Source: Eremomyces bilateralis CBS 781.70
Lineage: Eukaryota
Strand: one strand, 5' to 3'
Assembly: GCA_010015585.1 (NCBI GenBank)
Contig: ML975171.1
Length of the DNA stretch: 64,000 bases
Each line of letters opens with the position of its first letter. Position 1 is the first letter of the stretch. Below are positions 24,886-35,473 of this stretch, piece by piece. The notes under the pieces were generated by a model that was not told where the DNA came from, searched no databases, and saw only the letters and a list, made by a program, of their open reading frames with translations. The translations under genes and the position numbers were made by a program.

Positions 24886-26024
24886 ACGTGCGGTGGGGAA
24901 GGGTCGGGAAGGTGGTTGCGAATGCCTGTAACATCATGAATGTCGAGCGGAATTGGCGGGGTCATTTTCCATGGAGTGCCATCCCCTGGGACGGCGGACT
25001 TGTGTTGATCACGTTGCATGTGTTCCCCTGTTATTATTTCTTCGCGTCTCTCCAGTCTTCCACATGCGTTTCGGGCGTTCTCGTCTCCTTCTCGGCAACG
25101 ACCGAACTGTCACTCTGTATGGAATATGATGTCTTACCCCGGAATCACCTTTTGCGTCGGCCGGCTAGACATCGGTCGACAGATGTAGATATATGAAAAC
25201 ATGTCCACTTTCACCTTTCAGTCGCGGTCCCCTTGCGTGACGTTTGTCCGTCGACGATTCACCTCGCGTCCCCCCCGAGTCCGACCGTCAGCTTCAGGCG
25301 ATGGTTTCCATTTGACTACATGCGCGATCGGAAGAAAAGCTAGAAGAACGATCCCTGCCATTGCCCATTTCAGACCCAGCCCGCCCTTCGCCGTCGCCTC
25401 CCGAGAGGATCCCGGCCAATCTTGTGTTCGACTCCCGCGCGATTTGTTCCGAAAAGACCGATCCTCGATGATTCGCGCAATGTACAGGTATTAAGAAAGG
25501 GCTATGGTCACAGTACACCGACAAGGCCGAACGCCGCACCCACCGCGCTGAGGGGTTGGGTCACGAGCAGCGAGTGGCGGCTGGCGCTGAGCTCTGAGGG
25601 GCGGACGTTCGGGAAGAAGGAAAGCCGCGATGGGTACTTTTGACGCATTCCGCTCCCTTGATCGGTGTAGGAGGACGCGTGGAAGAAGATATGGATAATG
25701 AAACGAATGACGATGTGTGCGCACCCCTATATCCCGCTTCATTCTTTGGTTGCTTCTTGTCGAGCTGGGAGGTGCTAGCAGCGGTTAGTAGAGGCTTATA
25801 AACGTCGGGATGATACTATTGCTGGGGCGGATTAGTGTCGAATGCGAAGACTTACCCTAGTTGGCTCCTGATGTATACTTTTCGTCTTCTCTTACGATAT
25901 ATCAACCGTCGTATCAACCTGCTCTCCACACCCTCCTCTCCTATAACGTCATAGACCTCCCGCCCCTGCCTTCTCTTCTGCTGCCGACTCCTCCCCTCCG
26001 CCCCCGTCGCCGCCGCGACCTCCC

Positions 26025-27621
26025 CTAGAACCCCTCCGCACCCGTGCCGTTGTGGGCTACGGTATAGCCAAACGCTGTCGCCTGCTCCTCCGGCGAGCCG
26101 AGATCCCCTCCTAGTATGGCCGCAGCGGGTTGGCCGCCGTATGGGGCATCGGGCCCCGCGGCTGCAGCATCGTGGTCGCCGGGGCCAGGAGCGGATCCGG
26201 GTGGGAAGGGTCCGGTGGCGGGTTTGTTTTGGTTTGCAAGGAGGGTCTCGTGGCGCCAATCAATAGGAGGTTCAGAGATGGTTGTACATCTTTTATAGAG
26301 AGAAAATGGTGGGGACGGATATATCGAGTGGGGTGGGGAGGAAAGGGGAATGGGAAATGGGAAAATGGGTTACAAGACAGGAATAATGATGTGGAAGAAT
26401 GGAAATAGGGGATGGGTGCTCTTATGGGCAGCTTACCTCTCGATAACGTGCTAAGTAGATCTTCAATGCCTCCGAATAGTTCTCGAAGCCGAGAGATGTC
26501 ATCGCGTATAGGATGTCTTCCCCATTCACGGTCTTGCGCTTTTCCTGCTGGCATTTCTCTGACGCTAATGGTCGGAAAATACAAGGGTTAGCAGGGTGTC
26601 CTCAAGGGGGACTCAGGTATCGGACAATCGACACTGTCCAATAGAACAGGAAACACATACCTTCGCTGGTGATGAATGAGATGAACTCGCTGACGCATTC
26701 TTGCATGCATTCTTTTGCCTCTTTGGCAATCTTCGCGTTTTCGGGCAAGGCCGATTTCATAATGCGGGCGACTGGTGCAAAGTTGCGGATGTTAGCATCG
26801 GAGACCACATGATCCGCTGAGGTCGAGCGCCTGGACGAGCCGCGCCGCTGTTGCTGATGTTGATGCTCCTCCTGTTTCAAAGGAGGCGAGGATGAAGACT
26901 GGCTGGTGGAAGACATTGTCTGGTTGGTTGGTTGCCCGAACAAACACTGGTGTAGATGTGCCCGCGTCTGTGTGGTGCGTTGTGGGTGGTGGGAGAGTGC
27001 TTGAGCTCATGCACGTCGACCGTTTGAGCACCACGAAATCCACATGCACCCCAGACCGAGCCAAATGTAGATCGATGCTGATTTGATGAAAAAGGGCTGC
27101 CAAATGCGGCGTTTAACAGACGTGGCTGGGGAAGAAGACGTGGATTGGGCGAGGTGAGTGGAAAGCCGTGATGAGAGGACGCAGAAGCGCGCACCGCGTC
27201 GCCTTCACTTCCTCCGCATTGGTTGCAACTGAACAATAAACAAAAGAATTGAGACGATAGGAGGAAGGAATCGGACCAGCGCGCAAATCACAGCGGAGCT
27301 CGAGAAAACAGATGATTTCGACTGGAGCATCAACACCAGAATCCGGACCACAGCACCTGCACCAGCAACAAGCCGCGAGCCACGGGCATCTCACCCAACA
27401 CAACACAAAACGACACGACAGGAAAAACAGCAAACAATTGACAAATTTCACGTACCATTGGCAATGGGCAGCCATCGGTCCTGCTCCTTGACTTCGAATT
27501 CGTACCCAGTGCCCTGCCCTTGTGTTTCCTGAGCTTCGCGGTCCATAGGCGTGTCGGCTTCGTCCTGCGACTGGGCTCCAGGTTCCACGTCCGACTTCTT
27601 CACGGGTGGGGAGGCGGACAT
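26025..27621 (-). CDS. hapC: CCAAT-binding complex subunit HapC/Hap3 (NF-YB); exons 27621-27456, 26771-26661, 26564-26437, 26246-26025
   Basis: Spliced histone fold [93 protein letters not shown]. The last exon is inferred through a GAG acceptor. Confidence 0.92.
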
Positions 27622-29081
27622 GTTTATTTTCGGGAGCGCACAGCAGCTCCCTCACACAGATAGTCCTGGAGGCGTTCCTTGCCCCCGTGTTCTTGGCCGC
27701 TGGTGTATCGGTGACGCGACCGCTGCTGCGGTTGCTGCTGTTCGTAAGGCGAATACCGTCCGGCTATGCGGCTGGTGCGGATTCGCTGAGCTGGCAGGCC
27801 TCACGGATCGAAGATCTATTCGCTGGCAACCACGTCACAGCGCGAGATGAGCGGGCGGGCGATACGGCGACCGTTTCTGCGGCCCGTTAGCGTAGGTTCC
27901 TCTTTCCGTTCTCCAATCCACGCCCGGGTTTCCCAGGGTTGCGGCCGTGGTTCGTTCCAGGTGCTGCACACGCGAGGCCTGAGATAGGTGTATTGAAACC
28001 AACCCGGAGATGTTGTGTCACTCTCCACAGGGTTATGGCCCGGCGACCATGCGGGATGCGGCTAGCCGGAGTGTCAAGGGCCGTCTGATGCTGTACGGGG
28101 TCGCTCTGCAAGTCGCGGTGGTAGTGCAATCCGGATTATGGGGTTTGCGTCTTGCGATCAATGGGCAGCAGGGAATGAGCCGGATTCGGGGACGAAGGGT
28201 TGGGAATGACTGCAGCAGCGCCGATGCCAAATTCATCCACACACTGAAGCGGGCAAGGCGATGTAGGAATCGGGACGAGCCACGACGCGTAGAAACTGCA
28301 GGCGGATGGATGGGAGAAAGGATGAGGGATCTATTTCGAGACGTAACGTTACTAAAGCCCCCCGTACTTTCAAGGGACGATGCTTATCCAGTAGGAGGCA
28401 ATGGAGCGCAGAGGATAAGGGACGGGGTTCCGGGTGCATACAGACAACAGGGAATTCTGATGACGGCAATACAGGTATTCTAGGGCCGAATTGCGACTGA
28501 CCTTACGGATGAATATGGCACAATAAGCACAGTGTTGGCGGGGGCAGTACGATGACCGAAGTCAAGGCTAATCTTTCGCAACCGATCAAGAGGCGGCGCA
28601 TGCAGCGTGGGGACTGTCAAGCAAGGCGAACGAACTGGAAGACGTGTGAACCGATGAGCGGTGGAGAAGGTTGGCAAGTAGTATGGTGGTTCACGATGAA
28701 CTGATGCGAAGTTGAGCTGGTGATGACAAGGACAAGGGCAGCAACAGCGCGTCAAGAAGCTGCACTGAGGAGACACGCGCCTTGGGCGGCCAATTGCTGG
28801 GCGTTGGGCGGCTGAATGGGAGGGTCCTTGCTATTACGGTCCTTGGTATTGTTATGGCACGAGAGCTGCAGGTTCATGTGGAGGAGCGAATGGACGGATG
28901 GAAAGGTGGAAAGATGGAGGGAGGATGGAAGGGAAGCGGGAAGAGTGAAGCGAGAACGTGGAGGTGCGGAGGATGGAACATCTCTCTGCTGCTCTCTCCT
29001 ATCTCATTCTGTTGCTATTCTATCTGATTCTCTCGTTAATATTGTGACGAAGCCACATTACCGTATTCTGAAGCTGAAGTC

Positions 29082-29121
29082 GGGCTCACCCGTCCCTGGG
29101 CTCACCCGTCCCTGGGCTCCC
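29082..29121. repeat. 16-nt tandem duplication GGGCTCACCCGTCCCT x2 plus a partial copy
   Basis: Exact copies at 29082-29097 and 29098-29113, followed by gggctccc. Confidence 0.85.
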
Positions 29122-30698
29122 CATCGCAGCATTGACAACAATACTCTCTCCACCACCATCGATCATCGAGTCGATGGAAGAGGGATGCATGGAGAAGTGG
29201 GATGTTTGTTTTTTACTCTGCCAGCAGCTTGACATGTCCAATCGCCTTGCTGGACATGCACCACCATCCGGGGTCCTAGTTGGAATAAAAGGACGAATCC
29301 GACCGCGAGCTTCAGCTGCTGCATCGCGATTTGCTGGTTGGCGCTGATCGAGGGGGGCTTTTCATCATAAATCGTCGGTTTCTACTCGTCCATCGCCATT
29401 TGCTGCATTCACATTGGCTCATCGTTGAAATCACCAACGGATCCTGCTGACCTCTGCCCGTCCCGCGCTTCCGAATCCACATCCCCGTTCCTGGCTCTCT
29501 GCCGCTGCGGTTCGATCCTGGAGCAACCTGGCGTTTGGCGGGTAAGGGATACCCCTCTCTCCCAGTTCCGACTTGAAAGTTCATTCTTGATACAACCATC
29601 CCCTCATGTAGATATAAAAGCGGTCAAGTTGGACTTGCGGTCAATGACAACCAACCCAGTCTTAATCGGGAGCAGCAGCAGCTTCGCGTTTAGCCAGGAC
29701 CAATACCGGTCATACCGCGTGCATACTAGAAATCCCTTTCTTTCATTATGCGATTATCTGACGGGCGGAGCGACGCTAGCAACGCTATGGTTGTGCTGTG
29801 TTGTCCATGAACCCCCTGGCTAGCAATGGGCATCGATGACGAGGCTGCGATAGCTGACAGAGGGCTCGAGGGGGATGATGTTTGGAAGCTAGCGGCAGCC
29901 TTGAAAGCACGCCTCATTCAAGATCCCCCTTGGGCTGCATTGCATCATTTTCAAGTGTGAGGCAGCTCATCCATATTCCTGCCTCATCGGAATAGAGCTT
30001 TCAAATGGGGTCTCCCAACGGAGCAGAGGCCATATCCTCATTCGACAGCCCTAACAATCAGCCCCACGACGTCTCCGACGAGAGCTTTCAGGTTCGCTGC
30101 ATGCTGTGCTGTCTATCTATCATGTTCCTGGCACGGAAAATTAGCCTTGGGTATCCTATGAGCTCATGTTCCATGTTCATAGGTAATAGGGAAAGTCTGT
30201 TGACTAGCATCAAGGTAGCGCTGGCGTCATGCATGTCCTGCGTCGCCAACACATCGATGGGTATGGCCAAATTTCAAGTCCATCCATGGCAGTATGTAGC
30301 TATTGCATCGGTTTTGACTTGTGACATCGTTGCTTTATCGAAGTGGATCAAGTAGGAAAATCGATATGCGTTGCGGCAGTGAGCACAGGGGATTTATCAA
30401 CTCTTGTTGAATGAAATACTTGCATGAAACAGGTGCAAATCGGTGTATGTTTGGGTACTATACAATATATATCCGGCTTTGATGGTAGGACGTCATCCGC
30501 AATAGCACGTTCGATGTAAACAGCCTACGTGCGCGACAGTAAGTCGGAATCCGCATTCATTTCTACCATGAACAGATCCTCGCCGCTACCACCATCAAAC
30601 CACGTCTCCCATACCGCGCAAGCGGTTCATCCGTTTACGAGAGACGATTTACTTCTCTCAAACGAGCTCCACACACCCCATCTCTCGTCCGGCTTGCC

Positions 30699-31389
30699 TT
30701 ATTGCTGCACTATCTGAATATTGTTGTCCTTCTGCTCGGGTGGTTAGCACCGCGAAAATATGCCCGTATGCGCGAGAGATAGCCTGGTACTACTCACCTT
30801 CCACTTCTCCATCTCCGCTTCCTTGGTTTTATACTGGCCCACAAGGTCCTCGAGCACCTTACTTAGTCCATCCGCATTGGTTGTCAGCGCTGGGACGACA
30901 TCCTTCACCGTCCGCTGCACCAGCACGCCGTTGATGAGCCGGAAGCACTTCCGGTCGTCATCCAACGGCGTGAGGGTTTCGAGAACGAGTCTGATCGGGG
31001 AGGCGGGTCAGTTGGAGTCTTGGGCAGTGGAAAGAGAGGCGGTGAAACACCGCTACTTGGGAGATATGTGAAGAAGACAAGAATGACCACGGTAGGGAGG
31101 ATTTGTGTGCGATAATTCTGAAATGGAGAGGGAAATATGGTAACTGAAAACACGGTGAAGAAAAGAGGATAGGATCACGCATACTTGTGCTCTTCCGTCT
31201 CTTGTTCAATGTCCCCGATCTTCTGCGCTATGGTCTGGAGCGTGTTTTTGTAGTTTGAATACTGCGCCTGCAGGTCTGTCGGTCCATCAGCATCGGCATC
31301 TTGGATACACGGCTCTGATCTCTCTCCGAGATTCAAGGCTTCCGAAACCTACCTTGCTGCTTCCTCGCCGGTACCTTGTTCTGTGACAT
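30699..31389 (-). CDS. GIM4: Prefoldin subunit 2 (exons 31389-31353, 31275-31185, 30990-30798, 30731-30699)
   Basis: Spliced protein is MSQNKVPARKQQDLQAQYSNYKNTLQTIAQKIGDIEQETEEHKLVLETLTPLDDDRKCFRLINGVLVQRTVKDVVPAL...KWKKDNNIQIVQQ*. Confidence 0.92.
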
Positions 31390-32135
31390 GGTTGCAAAAT
31401 TGATATCTCGCCTGACGTTCCTTGGTTCTCTGGATGGAGGATGGGATCACAAAATACTCATTATGACGGCTGAGATCAAATGGTCCCAGTCGTAACAGTA
31501 AGGGTAGAAATGGAAGGATGGACTCGACGTACTCGACCCGTATCAATATGAGTTCTTGGGCTGATCCACTCATGTGAAATGGAGGAGCTGTGGGTTGAGC
31601 AGGACCAAATTTTGTTGCCTTAATTCCTGAGGCATCAACTACCCAGTATATTTGTGATCCGATGAATTCAATCAATTCAGCCGAAGTGAACATGGCCATG
31701 AATTCATGAAGTTTCTAGTAGTCGGAGATCATTAATATCACTCACCAAAATAAATCAACCCAGGCTTGCCGCTGGATACCACTGCAAAAGGGAATCCAAA
31801 GGAAGTCTTGTGCAAAACTGCCATTCAGTGAGAAGACCACTGGCACCCTTCCTCCACCGTCCCCCTAGACGACTAAGAGCCACCGCCGCCCATTCTTGTG
31901 GATTTGAGTTTATTAGGGTATTTCCAGAATAGTATTCTCCGTTTCCATGATCCAAGACAACATGCTTCCTTTCTTCCTCTCCTCCACCCCGAGGAGAGCG
32001 TAACGTCTAGCTGCCACCACTCCTGGAGTTTGGTACTACCTAATGATATCCTTCACCGGAACCTTTATAGTCACACCGGTCTCCCTTACTTGATTGTGTC
32101 ACACCGGTCACCAGCCATGTCTTCGGTTGGCACCA

Positions 32136-32205
32136 CTTCTCAATCGTTTCTCTTCAATCGTTTCTCCTTAACCGTTTCTTCTCAATCGTTTCTTCTCGAT
32201 CGTTT
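32136..32205 (+). repeat. 14-nt tandem repeat, 5 copies (consensus CTTCTCAATCGTTT), upstream of the RNase III-domain gene
   Basis: Units are cttctcaatcgttt, ctcttcaatcgttt, ctccttaaccgttt, cttctcaatcgttt and cttctcgatcgttt. Confidence 0.9.
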
Positions 32206-32273
32206 CTCCACTTCCTCTTTCCTTCTCTCAACACTGTCTCTCAACATCGCCTAAACAACGCCTATCTTCTACC

Positions 32274-32924
32274 ATGGCCAGCTTGGAGGGAAAGGTCACC
32301 ATTTGCGAAACCATTGTCTCTTACGATTTTGGTGACAAGCTGCTTTGTGCAATCGCGCTTAGTACATTCCCATATAGTGGTCCCTTTCACGGGGTCTTTC
32401 AGGCGCTTCCACGCAACGACCGCATGGCCGTGTATGGAGATTCGGTGGCCTCGAGCTACCTTTGTCGAAGGTGGGTTGATACTGATCTGCAAAAAGGTAC
32501 TGTGAGCTTTTGCATAGCTGTTTCCAATGACAACATGCTCATTTTCATAGGTGAATGGGATACAATTCGCCAGGCTGTCCTGGGAAACCGCAATCTTGCG
32601 GCTATCGGATTCGCGCATGAACTCCGACCTTGCGTGATGCTCAATCCTGGAACCACAACCCTGTCAGCGAAAACAATGGCTACTACGGTGGAGGCAATCC
32701 TTGGTGCCGTCTTCATCGATGGTGGCGATGCTGCCCTGGCGCAGGTGATGGGAACACTCGGCCTAACCCATACTCTCCTTGAAGTTGTAAGTTCACCAAG
32801 TACTATCTCACTCATGTCATTGGTGCTATTGTTCAACTCACATGGTCTTTGTCTTGGTCCCTTGATAACCGCGCCCAACATCTCTCTCGCGATCAGAACT
32901 GGGGTTTCTCTGTATAATAATTAA
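32274..32924 (+). CDS. Stand-alone ribonuclease III-domain protein without a dsRBD (Mini-III-like); 3' end uncertain
   Basis: YDFGDKLLCAIALS, NDRMAVYGDSVAS (compare NERLEFLGD), LGNRNLAAIG and KTMATTVEAILGAVFIDGG. There is an in-frame 54-nt intron at 32497-32550. A further GTAAGT donor at 32787 makes the C-terminus uncertain. Confidence 0.85.
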   Translation: MASLEGKVTICETIVSYDFGDKLLCAIALSTFPYSGPFHGVFQALPRNDRMAVYGDSVASSYLCRRWVDTDLQKGTVSFCIAVSNDNMLIFIGEWDTIRQAVLGNRNLAAIGFAHELRPCVMLNPGTTTLSAKTMATTVEAILGAVFIDGGDAALAQVMGTLGLTHTLLEVVSSPSTISLMSLVLLFNSHGLCLGPLITAPNISLAIRTGVSLYNN

Positions 32925-33133
32925 TTGTTGCATAATTACTCCGTAATGACGTATGTACTACTCTTCTACAGAGCCACCTTGGCGAAGCTATGTTATTATA
33001 TAATCATAACCCAGGCTAATGCCATAGCGTCGCCGAGGTGGCTTTCGTAGCAAAGAGGGATACAATTATACAGAGAAACCCCAGGTATAGGGCGAGAGAG
33101 ACGTCGTTCGCGTTTATGAGGTCTCGGACCTCA
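32865..33133 (+). ncRNA. Long fold-back RNA structure (candidate miRNA-like hairpin or RNase III substrate)
   Basis: Nested inverted repeats: 32881-32890/33092-33101 (10 bp perfect), 32899-32918/33065-33084 (20 bp perfect), and 32970-32992/33023-33045 (23 bp with 2 G-U pairs and 1 mismatch) closing a 30-nt loop. An adjacent 7-bp hairpin lies at 33117-33133. Transcription is not shown. Confidence 0.6.
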
Positions 33134-33543
33134 CTCGCCGGAGGACAGTCCATCTCAGAGGTGCTCGGGGAGGCTGCTCCACCGTGCCGGTGACGACACT
33201 CATTAAGATCGCTCTATCTGTTCGTATCCAAGCATCCCGAGTGGCTTCTAATGAGAATTTGATAGGAGACATCTACCCCGCCTGCGGGTTCTTAGAAGTA
33301 ACAATGTGACAGGGTGGAAGTGCGGGTGGAGGTCGCGGTATGAGAAATATATCCATCCCTGTTCGCGCTAAAGTATTGGAATTGAGGTTTGAAAGCAAAT
33401 TTGCTTCCGAAGCCACGAATCGACAGCTCTTAGACTTTTATTGAAGTTTGTATACATGACATTCCACGAAGTGTAGTCTTCTGGCACACAACAAGCAAGT
33501 TAGCCTATCTTAAAGCAATGATTTGCCTATGTTCCTATAGAGA

Positions 33544-34292
33544 CATGGCTCGAGCTCCAAGATGACCACACGTCCACTTCCCGTATTATGAACTTCGAGA
33601 CGGAGCCGAAGAAGGCGATTTGTGGTTCAATTCATATGAGGGATATAACTGCGTTTTACTCTGGATTTCAGCCATGAATACCTTTGACGACGGGCGCGGT
33701 CTTATCATGAAGACGACGATGGCCCGGACTACGAATTTACTTGGTCATCGTGGATTCCCTTTGAACATGCACTCCAATACTACTGGCAATTAATCGAAAT
33801 AGGAAAATTTGTCGTGAGTCCGGATCCAGACCACGATACTTTCGAAGAGCAACCCAATGCCTCATTTGGATGGTTCGGGCCCGAGCAACTTCACCAAAAC
33901 CAAATCGAAGGCTTCACTCGAGAGTTCGTCCTGAAGTCTCGTCGCCCACCCATCCGATTCATTGTTCCAGGATCCCTAGCGAACTACGGTCTCACCAGAA
34001 CTTCCAATTACCAGAACAAGAATTCGTAGGGCTCTTTCTAAGCCCGTGTTATAACGCGCTACCAACACCAAGGCACTGATCTGATGCCGTGTGCTTGTTC
34101 TACCGTGCAGGATGGATGGGAAGACTGATAGGCTTTTCAGTCATGATCCTCGTCCCGTCACGATGGACCATTAGAAAATGGATAGAGTTTTTGGATGATG
34201 GCTTCTGGATAGTCGTCGACTCGGAAGGAATTGAGGGAGGAATTGAATTTTGGAGACGATTTGAAGATGGGAAAATGAGACGCGTAGGCTGA
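33544..34292 (+). pseudogene. Degraded fragment of a fungal hypothetical-protein gene
   Basis: Protein-like blocks lie in different frames separated by frameshifts and stops: WIPFEHALQYYWQLIEIGKF, FTREFVLKSRRPPIRFIVPG and KWIEFLDDGFWIVVDSEGIEGGIEFWRR. They resemble an uncharacterised ascomycete family (from recall, not searched). Confidence 0.5.
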
Positions 34293-35473
34293 AGAACACT
34301 ACTGCGCCATAGGCATTGCGATGCATTAAAGCCTACATGTAGCGTATGATATGATGCTTTCAACTTTCCACTACGCTCTCGCCGATCAAACTGCGCTCCT
34401 TTCTATGTATTTAAATAGTGTCGAAGCTGTCGTCGAATAGTTTCGTGATGGAGAAGGATGTCGGAGGCAGTGATGATGCTGCGGATAAGTGTAAGTCTTT
34501 TAGATCCTCATTGAACGTCCGGCCGGGTGGATGCAATATGATATCATTTCTGAATTTCATCGAAAAGCTGTACAAATGCGAAGAAAAAAGGACAACTAAG
34601 AATCGTAACGCGGCCTGTTGCCGGGAGCAACGCCCAAACATGCATGTGGATTGTGGCAGTGCACATCAGCTTCGATATTATTAGCCTGCTCCGCTCCCCG
34701 TTCAATCTGAGCCTATCGCCCCAGCCCAGCTCTTCATTCCAGGCTCGTGAGTTATTTCTTTCGATGAATTACACGACGCTAGGGTTCCTCCCTCGCCTGC
34801 AAACGATAGACAGGTTGAACCAGCCTGAGAGACCGATAACATTTTTTTATCAAAACCTATTGGATGTCCCACGATTCGAAACTGCATCTGATCGTGATGA
34901 GAATGGATTCTCTTGTGTTACGAGCATATTCTGCGCAAAATGTCGTCCAGTAGCCCTTTTTCCCGTTGCTCCACGCCTTGGTCAACGACGGGTACACGCC
35001 CACGAAATCAGATTGGCCACTGCCTGTGCCTTTTTATCGACTTCATCCCGATCTAAACGTTGCAGCGAAGCACCGTTTAGAGAGTCGGTTGAGGGCGAAC
35101 AAGACTTGAGCGGCAAGCTGGGCTTAAATTTGGATGAACACGACTCAAAATCTATGGATTGGGAATTCTCCTACGTGATGACGCTGCCGTCGTGGCGTGG
35201 GATGGGGGTATGAAACGATAGAAAGCGGCTGTTTCACGCTTCCGAAGGGCTTCACGCATTTGCGAGATATGGGCGATTTCGAGGGGTTGCCAAGGGACGT
35301 GGCGTTGTGGTTGGGCAGGAAGCAATTGAAAATTTGAAGGTATGATCACCTACATAGGTACACCACAGGATTCATGAGAGATATTGACCCAGCGTTCTTC
35401 TGCAGATTAGAGTTTATTGAGGTTGATAATGTACATAGACGTAGTTCGCTATTTCCCCCTTCTCGGAGACCCC

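Noticed and set aside
27900..30600. Many 60-160 aa ORFs upstream of hapC
   Set aside because: They overlap in all frames and have no motifs, consistent with a long promoter region.
30991..31184. 194-nt prefoldin 2 intron as a snoRNA host
   Set aside because: There is no box C (RTGATGA), only a short GCGGTG/CACCGC hairpin. An H/ACA snoRNA cannot be judged by eye.
32136..32205. Repeat array as a CRISPR-like locus
   Set aside because: The units are head-to-tail with no spacers, and the context is eukaryotic.
32881..33101. Fold-back as a MITE
   Set aside because: I saw no target-site duplication, the stems are nested with asymmetric bulges, and the G-U pairs are strand-specific. This is disfavoured but not excluded without a genome-wide copy search.
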